The notes under the pieces: generated by a model
Seen by the model: the letters and a program-made list of their open reading frames with translations, nothing else
What the model was told of the DNA's origin: nothing
Databases searched by the model: none
Made by a program: the position numbers and the translations under genes
Shown: piece by piece, positions 1 through 9,443 of the stretch
How the letters are laid out: every line of letters starts with the position of its first letter
How positions within the stretch are numbered: position 1 is the stretch's first letter
Virus record (IMG/VR): IMGVR_UViG_3300024251_000007
Span: 1 to 63,915 of that record
Length of the DNA stretch: 63,915 nt
Direction: 5' to 3' (one strand)
Origin: a virus
Lineage: Duplodnaviria > Caudoviricetes

Positions 1-3000
1 TCCAGACTGGTCTATCCCATATGCTCCTATACCATCCGCCTGTAGTGCCGCGTTCACGCGAAAATCTCGCAAGGTTGCATGGGAAGGGCCACCGATCAAA
101 ATGACTGGCCCTGTTCCCGCCGCTCCTATCCAGTTGAGCGTAGTTGCAAAGAACCCATCTCCGGTCAGTTGAAGGTCAGAGTTAGCGGGGATAGAAAGCG
201 GCACATTGATGCTATAGGTGCCCTCTGGTAGATGAACTACTGGGCGTGATCCATTTAGCGCCACAGCGCTATTGATCGCGGTCTGGATCACAGATGCGCT
301 AGACCCTGCCGCTACTTCAAATACCATCCGGTTGAGGTTTGGTTGAAATCCAGGCAGCGTCGGTTCGGTTGTTGGGATCGATCCTACTATCTGAGTACCA
401 GATTCAAATAAGCGAACGCTAGCGGAAATGGGGCTTGGCCCTAATGTGAACTGATTACCAACAGCAATACCATCCTGCGAGATGATCGCCGTGGGCAGTG
501 TCATATTGGCTTGCAGGGTAGCATTATCTAAAAGAAGAACTGGTCCTTGATTATCGTCTTGGATCACCTTAACGGTCTGGTTGACGAAGGTGTTTGAGGC
601 AATGGTCATCGGTGCTGGATTTGCCGTGCCCCCCATTCTTAGCGCATAAGGGGAACTCGTAAAGTAGTTGTCGCGGAAACTGAATGGCAGGGTGTTCCCG
701 ATGTTTATATCGGAGATCGTGGATGATCGGAATATCGAATTATAGGCGTGGAAGTTCCCAGCCCCTACGTTGGTCCCATCGTAGTTACCGACCGCAATGT
801 TGCAGTGGTCAAAAACCGAGTACCGTACCCAGATGTCGAGTGCGTTGTAGTTACCGACGAACACGCCGGCCCCGGTTATGTTTGAGAATTGATCCCTAAG
901 AATACTGACCTCAGAACAACCATTCACAAGCCAGCCGCATTGGATACCTGTCCAAGCGTTACGAAACACATCGTCCGTGTACTCATTCCCCGTATCGAAG
1001 AAAGCGCCGCTATTGTTAGACTGCTGTACTAGGATAGCGCTTGGATTGCCGCCGCCATCAAATGTGATGCGGTCGAACTTGCTGTAATTAACTCCATTCA
1101 CATGCAGCAGCGGACCTACCCCGGATAATTGGAATGTGACGCATGTTGGATCTGCACCGAGAACCGAAATCCCTTCTTTGCTGGAAATCGTAAGCGTAGT
1201 AGTGATCGTGTATGTTCCACATGGAACATATAAGACATGGCTGTGCCCTGCTGTTCCCAGATCATTCAGGGCCGTTTGAATCGCGGCATTGCTGGTGCCA
1301 TAGGAAGTGACTAAGTTTGTCCACGATGGAAATGGCCCTACGAACTCATCATCACTGGTGGCCGGAGTAGGACCGATCACGCAAGCCTGTCCTAGCGCAG
1401 CATTTACCACTCGCTGCACATCGACCACGGTACAGGTTCCGGTTTGAGTAAGACTGTTCGTGCAAGCCACCGTCCCCAAGGCCATGTTGGTCTGGAGTTG
1501 AATATCCGTTACGTTCGGCGGCGTTGTCCCGGTCTTAGGAGAACAAGTAGGCGTACTAAGCAAGCGCCACGCTAGCGCGTTATCGATCCCAGGCGCTCCG
1601 AACGCTTCGCCGTAGTTCTTGCCTAGATTCCCGTAAAGGAATACGCCGTGGGCACATGGCTGAGCCTGCGTGTTGCAATCCGCCGCCGCCGCGATGGTAT
1701 CCGTCACCAATCCATCGCACGCTGAACCGGAACATGGTAGCGTCTTAAAACCAATAACCGCCGCGCTGGTTAATCCAGCCGTGGGACCACCCAACTGAGC
1801 CGATATGCACTCATCCGTCCAGGTTTTATAGGTGGCATTGAGCGTCACAGAATAGAGCCACGCGATCCCTCCGCAAACGGTTCTCGTCAGGTTCCTGTCA
1901 CCCACGCCGTCATAGCAGTAGGTGGCGGATGAGTTGCAAACAGAAACAGCAGACGGCGCATAAGCTACTGCGCTTCCGCTCAGATTGCCAACTTCCCCAT
2001 ATAGCCCATACGCTTGCGTCAGGACCGCATGCGTGTTGTCTGAACATGAGGAAAACTTATAGATAGTCCTAGTACTATTAAGCCCGATGAATGGATTGGC
2101 TGTACATTGCGTTAGGAAGTCGGTTCCGATTCCGACTAAGCTGGTCGAACCGTTGGTTATAGATACGGTTCCCGCGCCGGGGTATACCGTCGCCTGCTCG
2201 TTCGACTGGGAATTGACCTCATAGTAAACTCCGCGATTCGATGTGTCGCGCCCGTAGTTGTTCTGCCATTGTACGGCAGTGGTAATGGCTGTAAGCGTAG
2301 AAGCTGCGAGTGTAGTGCTGTTGCAACCCTGCGTTGTCGTATCGTTCAGAGACTCATAAGCCGCTTCCATCGCCTTGATATTGATGGCTTCTCTCCAGGG
2401 TGAAGCCCCATAGATGAATGGTGCGGTGAATGACTTCGGAGCACTCACAAAGCTGGGATTTAGCATGTACTCCGCCTGCCCCCAAGAGCCGTCTGCCGAT
2501 TGCTTCGCGTTCCAGGTCGGCACATAAGTGGTCAGCCAGGAGCAATACTGAGCGTGCCGCGTCGGATCGGTGTCTGTCTTAGCTCCTAGCGCCACATCCC
2601 AAAGCGTGTATCCGGCTTCCCGGTTGTCGATTGCAGGGCTGTTTGAAGGATCACCAAATAGTTGAACCAGTTTGGTAACTTCCGTGTATAGTCCGGGGAA
2701 TCGCTCCGAATGACCTTCCCCAGCGCGGAAGAACTGCGAAATCATCGAAGCCGCACGCGGGTAGGGATAGGTGTAGCCGTGGTCAATCACCCATTGCCAC
2801 TGGATGTCTGCATAGGCTCTGGCCTGCGTCAGATAAGTAGCGTTAAGCGTCCGATAGTACAGACGGTAGAGCGCAATCCCCACATCGTAGTAGTTCCAGG
2901 TGACTATTGGGTTAGTCTGTGTCCAAGCGAGAAACGTCCAGCCGTGGGAGTCTGCCCCCGGCATCAGATATGCCGTGATTCCAGAGAACGCGCCAGTGAA

Positions 3001-3423
3001 AATGTTGCTTTCACAGACGATTGAGTTCACGGTCACGCTGATTATGGCGCAGATTTGCCTCCCGGTTCCAGCGCCGTCTACCGTGTTCCATGCGAATGTC
3101 ACATAGCCTTGACCGGATAGCGGGGTGCGAAGGTCTGCCGTGGTAGTGACGGTTGAACCAGAACCAGAGAATGACACCGTACCAGATAGCGCCGCTCCTA
3201 GCGTTGGCGTCTCCGCAAGCGCTGCCGGAGCCATGTTATCGGCGGTGCCCTTCTCGGCCAAGTCGCCATAAACCCAAGGGGATGCACCGTAAGGGATTAG
3301 CGGACCTAATAGGCTGTTCTGAGCGGTTGACAACCCAGTGTTGCACCACCCATTCGCCCCAGTGGTGCATTGAGCGGACAACGAAACTGCCAACAGCATC
3401 CCTAATATCAGCAGTTTCTTCAT
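1..3423 (-). CDS. Large secreted multidomain carbohydrate-active protein, 5' part (signal peptide, helical domain, dockerin-like module, pectate-lyase-3-like beta-helix domains); continues at 63911..63111
   Basis: Manual translation: no stop from ATG 3423 to base 1. Starts MKKLLILGMLLAVSLSAQ. Two beta-helix cap motifs (AIQTALNDLG..VLYVPCGTYTI and IQTAINSAV..VVHLPEGTYSI). Dockerin-like segment at 1381-1545. Missing from the ORF track because it runs off the end. Confidence 0.85.
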   Translation of the reverse strand, partial: MKKLLILGMLLAVSLSAQCTTGANGWCNTGLSTAQNSLLGPLIPYGASPWVYGDLAEKGTADNMAPAALAETPTLGAALSGTVSFSGSGSTVTTTADLRTPLSGQGYVTFAWNTVDGAGTGRQICAIISVTVNSIVCESNIFTGAFSGITAYLMPGADSHGWTFLAWTQTNPIVTWNYYDVGIALYRLYYRTLNATYLTQARAYADIQWQWVIDHGYTYPYPRAASMISQFFRAGEGHSERFPGLYTEVTKLVQLFGDPSNSPAIDNREAGYTLWDVALGAKTDTDPTRHAQYCSWLTTYVPTWNAKQSADGSWGQAEYMLNPSFVSAPKSFTAPFIYGASPWREAINIKAMEAAYESLNDTTTQGCNSTTLAASTLTAITTAVQWQNNYGRDTSNRGVYYEVNSQSNEQATVYPGAGTVSITNGSTSLVGIGTDFLTQCTANPFIGLNSTRTIYKFSSCSDNTHAVLTQAYGLYGEVGNLSGSAVAYAPSAVSVCNSSATYCYDGVGDRNLTRTVCGGIAWLYSVTLNATYKTWTDECISAQLGGPTAGLTSAAVIGFKTLPCSGSACDGLVTDTIAAAADCNTQAQPCAHGVFLYGNLGKNYGEAFGAPGIDNALAWRLLSTPTCSPKTGTTPPNVTDIQLQTNMALGTVACTNSLTQTGTCTVVDVQRVVNAALGQACVIGPTPATSDDEFVGPFPSWTNLVTSYGTSNAAIQTALNDLGTAGHSHVLYVPCGTYTITTTLTISSKEGISVLGADPTCVTFQLSGVGPLLHVNGVNYSKFDRITFDGGGNPSAILVQQSNNSGAFFDTGNEYTDDVFRNAWTGIQCGWLVNGCSEVSILRDQFSNITGAGVFVGNYNALDIWVRYSVFDHCNIAVGNYDGTNVGAGNFHAYNSIFRSSTISDINIGNTLPFSFRDNYFTSSPYALRMGGTANPAPMTIASNTFVNQTVKVIQDDNQGPVLLLDNATLQANMTLPTAIISQDGIAVGNQFTLGPSPISASVRLFESGTQIVGSIPTTEPTLPGFQPNLNRMVFEVAAGSSASVIQTAINSAVALNGSRPVVHLPEGTYSINVPLSIPANSDLQLTGDGFFATTLNWIGAAGTGPVILIGGPSHATLRDFRVNAALQADGIGAYGIDQSG

Positions 3424-3431
3424 TGGTGCGA

Positions 3432-3484
3432 TTATACCCGAATTTTGTCTTGCTTCATTGAACCAGTATGTGCTTCAATGTAAC
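3432..3484. promoter_or_regulatory. Divergent control region with two 13-bp palindromic operators and a minus-strand TATAAT
   Basis: GCTTCATTGAACC (3452-3464) and GCTTCAATGTAAC (3472-3484), 20 bp apart; TATAAT 7 nt before ATG 3423 on the minus strand. Confidence 0.7.
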
Positions 3485-3520
3485 AGTAGCTCCATGTTAG
3501 CCTTTTGGGGCGGAGGTGGA

Positions 3521-3709
3521 ATGTCCACAAAAACGAAGGAAGCAATGATTATCTGGCTGGCGAACAATCGCGGCGTCCTAAGCAAGATCGCAGAGGAGAT
3601 GCGGCCAAAGGTCACGCCGCAGTTCGTCGGGCAGGTTTGCAGGGGAACGCGAAAGTCGAAGGACGGCAAGATTGAGAGGATTCTACGTGCCGCTGGAGCG
3701 CCGCTGTAA
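3521..3709 (+). CDS. Small helix-turn-helix regulator (Cro-like)
   Basis: 62 aa, basic, LSKIAEEM..VTPQFVGQVCRG HTH-like pattern; GGAGG RBS. Confidence 0.6.
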   Translation: MSTKTKEAMIIWLANNRGVLSKIAEEMRPKVTPQFVGQVCRGTRKSKDGKIERILRAAGAPL

Positions 3710-3921
3710 TGGGGGATTGTGCTATTTGCGGAGTGTCCCATGCCAATTTTGATCGAAGTCGCTCCCCAGCAGGATTCCCGCAGCCGGGTAGAGAGAATGA
3801 TTGCACCCCACTAGGAGAACCTCCAAACCCAGAAGATTTGGTTTGTGCTAGATGCTATGTAGGCTATCCCCCAAGAGATTCAAATGGAAAATTGTGGTGG
3901 GCTAACATGGTAAATAAATGA
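3709..3921 (+). CDS. Small Cys-rich hypothetical protein
   Basis: CAIC...CARC; translationally coupled to neighbours. Confidence 0.55.
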   Translation: MGDCAICGVSHANFDRSRSPAGFPQPGRENDCTPLGEPPNPEDLVCARCYVGYPPRDSNGKLWWANMVNK

Positions 3922-4046
3922 GCCGTTTCGATGTAACCAAATGCGCTGTAAACCCAAGGCTTTGTGAGGTTAGCCGTATTACCGGGATTCATAAAGACTC
4001 TATCTATAACCTAGTCAAGAGGGGCTGGAAGCATGTCAAGATTTGA
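3918..4046 (+). pseudogene. Probable HNH endonuclease remnant (42 aa)
   Basis: MSRFDVTKCAVNPRLCEVSRITGIHKDSIYNLVKRGWKHVKI; the C-terminus resembles the HTH tail of HNH homing endonucleases and the first five residues duplicate the downstream gene. Confidence 0.4.
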
Positions 4047-5235
4047 TAATAGTCGCCCCGTTCCAATTTTGATTTTGGGCGACAGCCCCGATGGGGTAAC
4101 TGGGCTTTCCCGAATCTGCCATGACGTTGCTTGGATCATCTCCACCATGCCGGAGTTTAGGCTAGGAGTCTTGGGACGGCAAGGGCTTGGACGATCCTAC
4201 TTCCCGTGGGCTTCCTACCAGTTCAGTGCCCACCAGCAATGGGGCGAAGGGCAGATCAAGGAAGCATGGGATGACCTGTCGCAAGGACAGCGTGGAATAA
4301 TCTTCACCATCTGGGACGCCACCCGCTTGCTCTGGTTCGCAGACCCTATGGGGATGCCGGAGAACATCCAGCAATGGTTGGCAACTGGGGCAGTCGAACG
4401 CTGGGGTTTGTTCATGCAGGACTCCGAAGGCGTGCAGCGCGGCAAGTTGCCGCTAACAGCAGCCCATGTTATGTCCAAGTTCGACCGCGTAATGCTGGCT
4501 TCTAAGTGGGCTTATGGCGTAACCAAGGCAACTCTCGAAGGACATCCAGATATTGACTGGCTCCCACACCCTCTTAACACTGACCGCTTCTCGCCACAGG
4601 ACCGCATGGCTTCGCGTTCTCACTGGGGCGTAGGAGAAAAGGAAATCCTGATAGGATGCGCGATGGCAAATCAGGCGCGGAAGTCTTGGCCTGTTGTATT
4701 CGAGGCGCTGTCTCTCATGCGGCCTACCACTGCTGGACTCCCTAAACTGTGGTGCAAGGTTGACAAGATCAGCCCCGAACCTGGATGGGGGTATTGGAAT
4801 CTCGAAGCGCTAGCCTATGAGTACGGCCTTGGCAATCGCGTAATCCTTGACGTTAACAAACTCAGTGACCGCGATATGGCGCTGCGTTATTCGGCCTGTG
4901 ATGCAACGGTGCTTATATCAGGGGCGGAAGGGTTCGGCTACCCGATAGTAGAATCGCTTGGCTGTGGTGTGCCTTGCGTCACTGGGCAGTATGGTGCTGG
5001 CGGTGAGTTAGCAAGCCACGCTGTTGTGCCAACGGGATTCCGTATAGAGACGCAGCACAATGCGCGTTGGGCTACATATGAAGCGGAGCATGTAGCTAGG
5101 GCGCTGGAGACGGCTACAGATCAAGTGCGAAGCGGGGACTGGGAACGTGAGTGGGGACAGGAACAGGTGGCTCATTTGAATGGGGCTAAGATTGGCAAGC
5201 TATACCAGCGATGGCTTAGGAAGGGGCTGCAATGA
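4033..5235 (+). CDS. Glycosyltransferase, GT-B fold (GT4-like)
   Basis: GDSP..TGLSRI N-terminus; NQARK; EGFGYPIVESLGCGVP (E-x7-E motif). Confidence 0.9.
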   Translation: MSRFDNSRPVPILILGDSPDGVTGLSRICHDVAWIISTMPEFRLGVLGRQGLGRSYFPWASYQFSAHQQWGEGQIKEAWDDLSQGQRGIIFTIWDATRLLWFADPMGMPENIQQWLATGAVERWGLFMQDSEGVQRGKLPLTAAHVMSKFDRVMLASKWAYGVTKATLEGHPDIDWLPHPLNTDRFSPQDRMASRSHWGVGEKEILIGCAMANQARKSWPVVFEALSLMRPTTAGLPKLWCKVDKISPEPGWGYWNLEALAYEYGLGNRVILDVNKLSDRDMALRYSACDATVLISGAEGFGYPIVESLGCGVPCVTGQYGAGGELASHAVVPTGFRIETQHNARWATYEAEHVARALETATDQVRSGDWEREWGQEQVAHLNGAKIGKLYQRWLRKGLQ

Positions 5236-5936
5236 TCGTCTGCACCATCACCACCGATGCCAATAAAAACACGGAGCGTTTCAGGAGTTTCTTTGCAGAC
5301 AACCCACTAGCCTCCGAAGTATGGAAAAACGATCCCAACATAGGCGTGGTCCCAGCGATGCAAAAGCTATACGAAAACAATGCCGATGAGGACATCATCT
5401 GCTACGTCCATGACGATGTTACGGTCTACGATCCAAACTGGGCAGATCGCGTCCGCGCCGAGTTCGATGATCCCAAAGTTGCCATCATTGGATTTGGCGG
5501 TGCCACTGGTATTGGCGTTGATGACATATACAAGCAGCGCTACCAGATCGAACAGCTTCAGCGGATCAACTACGCGAGCAACCAGCGGGACTGGGAAACG
5601 CACGGCTCGTATGAGGCTGGCAGCAAGGATGTTGCAGTTTGTGATGGATTTTTCCTAGCCGTCAGGACTGCGGCACTCAAAGAAATCGGCGGCTTTAAAG
5701 GTTTCCCACACCGATTTCACATGTATGACGCCTACCTGAGTTTGGCTTTTGCCGAACGTGGATGGAAAACTAGGATGGTGGGTTGCGAAGTTTTACACCA
5801 CGGAGGAGGGACAAGCACGACTCCTGAATATCTTGCTTGGTGTCGAGAGAATGGGACTACCGCTGAGAGAGAGCACGAAGAACCGCATCGTTGGTTTTAC
5901 GAAAGGTTCCGCTCAAGTTTGCCCTATCGCGTATGA
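5232..5936 (+). CDS. Glycosyltransferase, GT-A fold (GT2-like)
   Basis: IICYVHDDV, DGFFLAV, FHMYD, VLHHGGG. Confidence 0.85.
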   Translation: MIVCTITTDANKNTERFRSFFADNPLASEVWKNDPNIGVVPAMQKLYENNADEDIICYVHDDVTVYDPNWADRVRAEFDDPKVAIIGFGGATGIGVDDIYKQRYQIEQLQRINYASNQRDWETHGSYEAGSKDVAVCDGFFLAVRTAALKEIGGFKGFPHRFHMYDAYLSLAFAERGWKTRMVGCEVLHHGGGTSTTPEYLAWCRENGTTAEREHEEPHRWFYERFRSSLPYRV

Positions 5937-6679
5937 CAAATATAATTTTGATAACCAACGGTTCCCGTCCCCGCCTGCTGGAGCAAACGCTGCGTACGCT
6001 ATATGAGAATACGTTTGCGGATCAGTACAACTTAACGATTGTAGGAGATGGTACTAGCCAAGGCATAGAGCAATGGGTGATGCACTCGATGGAGCCATTG
6101 CCTGATAACTGGTCGCCGCTGATTGTGTTCCATCCATGCAACATCATTGGTCGCCTCAAGAACCTAGGTGCCTACTGGTCCGAGAAGCAGTTCGGACGCG
6201 GCGAGTGGCTGTGCATTTGCGACGACGATTTGGCTTTCACTCCGGGATGGTTGGATCACATGATAATGGCGCTGAATACAGACAACAAGTTGCGAATAGT
6301 GGGAGGAGTGCGCCATCCGTATCACAAGACCAACATAACCAAGGTTCATCCATTCATTTTCTCTGACAAGTATGTCCAATCGGATTACGATGCGTTCAAG
6401 GATACACATAGGGACACCCAACATACTGATGCCGTAGCTGGCTATCTACACTTCATGCGCTGGTCAACGTGGGGTAAGTTCGGCCCTTACGCAGACAACC
6501 AGAAGGGGCTGGGTGCCTCCGAGGACTACGCGCTGTGCCGCAAGGTGGTCGATGCTGGCGGTGCCGTTGGGTATGTGTCTCCTGCCTGCGTTTACCACAC
6601 CGGGGTTACCAATAGCGAAGGCAAGCCGATACTGGGCGCGGAACTAATCGAGAAACAGGAAGGCATTCTATACCTATGA
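5933..6679 (+). CDS. Glycosyltransferase, GT2
   Basis: RPRLLEQTL, CICDDDL..PGWL, SEDYALC, VYHTG; start reassigned to coupled ATG 5933. Confidence 0.85.
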   Translation: MTNIILITNGSRPRLLEQTLRTLYENTFADQYNLTIVGDGTSQGIEQWVMHSMEPLPDNWSPLIVFHPCNIIGRLKNLGAYWSEKQFGRGEWLCICDDDLAFTPGWLDHMIMALNTDNKLRIVGGVRHPYHKTNITKVHPFIFSDKYVQSDYDAFKDTHRDTQHTDAVAGYLHFMRWSTWGKFGPYADNQKGLGASEDYALCRKVVDAGGAVGYVSPACVYHTGVTNSEGKPILGAELIEKQEGILYL

Positions 6680-7230
6680 GGCTGTACAACGAAGCAATGG
6701 AGATGACGAGCAAGATTTCCGTTGACCTGATCCTAAGCGAAGAAGAATGCTCAGGCTTCTGGGATCTGATGGCGCAGATACCTCCAGGCGGAACGGCTGT
6801 AGAGATCGGATGCTATCGCGGGCGTAGTTCTTCACTGATGCTTCAGGCAGCGCAGGACAACCACTTCCTGTCTATCCACGTTGATCCTTGGACTACAGGC
6901 GAGGCTCATGAATGGATGGGTATGGCGCAGAAGATCCCAGCGCCATTCGTGGTGCTGAAGATGACCAGCGAACAAGCTCTGGCGCTGCCTTGGCTTGCCA
7001 ACGTGCCACTGGATCTGGTTTACATCGACGGCGACCATGAAACTCCAGCCGTGGAGATTGACGTGAAGTGGGGAGAACGAATCAAGCCGGGTGGCATCCT
7101 GTGTGCACATGACTATGGCCGCGACTTTCTATCAGGCGTGGAGATTACGCTAAAGAACTACGTCAAAGATCCAAAGTGGCAGATGCTTGGCGTGTGGGGC
7201 ACGCTTGCGGCATGGAGGAAGGTGCTGTGA
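6676..7230 (+). CDS. Class I SAM-dependent methyltransferase (Methyltransf_24-like)
   Basis: VEIGCYRGRS, YIDGDH, KPGGILCAHDY. Confidence 0.9.
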   Translation: MRLYNEAMEMTSKISVDLILSEEECSGFWDLMAQIPPGGTAVEIGCYRGRSSSLMLQAAQDNHFLSIHVDPWTTGEAHEWMGMAQKIPAPFVVLKMTSEQALALPWLANVPLDLVYIDGDHETPAVEIDVKWGERIKPGGILCAHDYGRDFLSGVEITLKNYVKDPKWQMLGVWGTLAAWRKVL

Positions 7231-7883
7231 AACTGGCCTACCTAGCAACCTGCTTCTTCGGATCGACCGATGACATTTGGATGCTGCGGGACTCTGCCAT
7301 AAAGTTTGGCGTTGACCTGAAGCTATACGGCCTAGGGAAAGCGTTCCTGCCGGGTTTCATTGACATCAAGGTAACGGCAATGCTGCCGGAGTTGGAAGCG
7401 CTTGCAGCACAGGGGTACACCCACGTTCTCTATACCGATGGCCCTGATACTTTCTTCGTCAAAGGACCGCTAGAGATCGAGGCTGCATATGAGGCATTAG
7501 GGCATCCAGCATGGCTCATAAGTGCTGAAACAAGCTGCTATCCGCACACGGCCCTTGGCCCCGTCCTACCTATGGACAAGCGCTGCCCGAATACAGGGCA
7601 GTACATGGGTGAGATTGGCGTGATCCTGGAAGGCTGGAAGAAACTGAAGTCCCTCTACGATGACGGTACTGACAACGAACAAGGATGGGTGATACGTGGC
7701 ATCGTGGACGGCATGCTGCCAGAGGTGATGATAGACATGGGCAGGTACATCTTCCGCAGCGAGGCCGACAACTACTTCCCAGGAATGAGCGGCTGTGTGT
7801 TGCACTTCAATGGCGGTTACTGGAATCCCAGCGAAGGGAAGCGGGATCGGATGCTGCCAGTGTGGGAAAGATGCTTGTCTTAA
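7227..7883 (+). CDS. Glycosyltransferase resembling the PLOD/LH3 N-terminal GT domain
   Basis: VLYTDGPDTFF, LISAETSCYP, PNTGQYMG, NEQ, VLHFNG. Confidence 0.7.
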   Translation: MKLAYLATCFFGSTDDIWMLRDSAIKFGVDLKLYGLGKAFLPGFIDIKVTAMLPELEALAAQGYTHVLYTDGPDTFFVKGPLEIEAAYEALGHPAWLISAETSCYPHTALGPVLPMDKRCPNTGQYMGEIGVILEGWKKLKSLYDDGTDNEQGWVIRGIVDGMLPEVMIDMGRYIFRSEADNYFPGMSGCVLHFNGGYWNPSEGKRDRMLPVWERCLS

Positions 7884-8032
7884 TCACCAAACATCGGAAT
7901 AAGGAGACGGTTCTACTGCCATATCGGAGGAGAGAAGTAGATCTTATTCGGGCACTTTGGCCGTTGGATTGGAATAACCAACTTTGGTGGGGGACATCAG
8001 GGGATATGTGGACATGGATGAGAGAAAATTAA
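7871..8032 (+). CDS. Small Trp-rich hypothetical protein
   Basis: 53-aa ORF filling the gap between operon genes. Confidence 0.4.
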   Translation: MLVLITKHRNKETVLLPYRRREVDLIRALWPLDWNNQLWWGTSGDMWTWMREN

Positions 8033-8538
8033 GGATCAACTTGGGCAGCGGTCAGCGGAAGTTCGGGACGCCTGAGCATCCTTGGCTTAACGTTGATGTC
8101 AACCCTAAGTGGGAGCCTGATCTACTGGCAGACGGCGCGGACTTGTCCATCATCGCAAGCGATACAGCGGAATACGTGGTGCTGCACCACGTCCTAGAGC
8201 ACTTCGGGTTAGGCGAGGCTGATACGATGCTGAAGGAGTGCTATCGGATATTGGCTCCGGGCGGGAGTTTGATCGTGTGCGTTCCTAATCTTAGAGAACT
8301 AGCTAGGGCTTGGCTCAGGGGAGAAATTACGGATTACATCTATTGCGTCAATCTTTACGGCGCATATATGGATGATGAAGCCGATAGGCACAAGTGGGGG
8401 TTTGGCCCTAGCAGTTTAATACAGACTCTTTTTGAATCCTCTGCTTGGGGACAAGTAAAGGCATTCGATTACCGTACAATAGATGGCGCTAACATTGCCA
8501 AGGATTTTTGGATTCTTGCACTTGAGGCGGTGAAGTGA
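8014..8538 (+). CDS. SAM-dependent methyltransferase (Methyltransf_11-like)
   Basis: INLGSG, NVD, HVLEHF, YRILAPGGSL..VPN. Confidence 0.9.
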   Translation: MDERKLRINLGSGQRKFGTPEHPWLNVDVNPKWEPDLLADGADLSIIASDTAEYVVLHHVLEHFGLGEADTMLKECYRILAPGGSLIVCVPNLRELARAWLRGEITDYIYCVNLYGAYMDDEADRHKWGFGPSSLIQTLFESSAWGQVKAFDYRTIDGANIAKDFWILALEAVK

Positions 8539-9443
8539 CTGATCTAGCCGCCGCACGCTTTGACCTGATCGCGCCTCTGCTGCGCCGCTACAAGCGCCGC
8601 TTCACCGTCCTTGACCTTGGCGCTGGCATCAACCCCTACATGGCGCAGCGCATCAGCCGCGAGTTCGACGCTGTGGTTGTGGCAATCGAGCAGGATGAGA
8701 TTGCTCCAGAGGAGTTAGCTAAGTTCGGGCCGCGTGCGCTGTGGCTGCGGAAGAAGATGAGCGTGGAGGATCTACGCAGACTTGGTGAGTGCGAACACTT
8801 TGATGTGGTATTGGCTCTTAACTTCTTGCATCACCAAAAAACAACAGAAGATGCATGGAGGGCGCTTGTTGAACTAATACAGATGGCTGCTTTTGTAGTT
8901 ATTCAAACTCCGCATATGAATGATTTTGATTCTTGCGGAGGAGCGTTAATCCCCACGATTCATATAACCCTAGATAGATATAAAAGAGAGGGGGTTGCGG
9001 ATTATCTTGGAGAGAGCGTTCAGTTCTATGGGCATAGCCCAAGACCTTTGTATTGCGTTCACGGTTTGGCTAATGGAGAATTGACATCATCTTCTTGGAC
9101 ATCGCCACCCGCATGCATTAAGGCTTTTATTTATAGTGATTTTACTGGTAAGACTATAGAAATTAAAAACGATGATGGGATGAAGCCGCTGCGCCCCTTC
9201 ATCCACGGCCTCAACCTCTGGAACTTCGCGCAACTCAACGGGCAGTGGCCGCGCAAAGAGCAAGTGCTGAAGCTAATCCATGAGTTCCCGCTGCGACAGG
9301 AACGACACGGCGACATCACGCCGCATAACTTCCTGTTCGACGGCGCTGAGTTGCACTTGATCGACGGCTATGAAGGCTGGGAGTTTGACGACAAGGAAAA
9401 CTTGGCAAAGACGGAGCGGATGATGGCGGATGTGCTTCAATGA
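8535..9443 (+). CDS. Methyltransferase fused to a kinase-like C-terminal segment
   Basis: VLDLGAG, FDVVLALNFLHH; C-terminal HGDITPHNFLF..LID. Confidence 0.7.
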   Translation: MTDLAAARFDLIAPLLRRYKRRFTVLDLGAGINPYMAQRISREFDAVVVAIEQDEIAPEELAKFGPRALWLRKKMSVEDLRRLGECEHFDVVLALNFLHHQKTTEDAWRALVELIQMAAFVVIQTPHMNDFDSCGGALIPTIHITLDRYKREGVADYLGESVQFYGHSPRPLYCVHGLANGELTSSSWTSPPACIKAFIYSDFTGKTIEIKNDDGMKPLRPFIHGLNLWNFAQLNGQWPRKEQVLKLIHEFPLRQERHGDITPHNFLFDGAELHLIDGYEGWEFDDKENLAKTERMMADVLQ

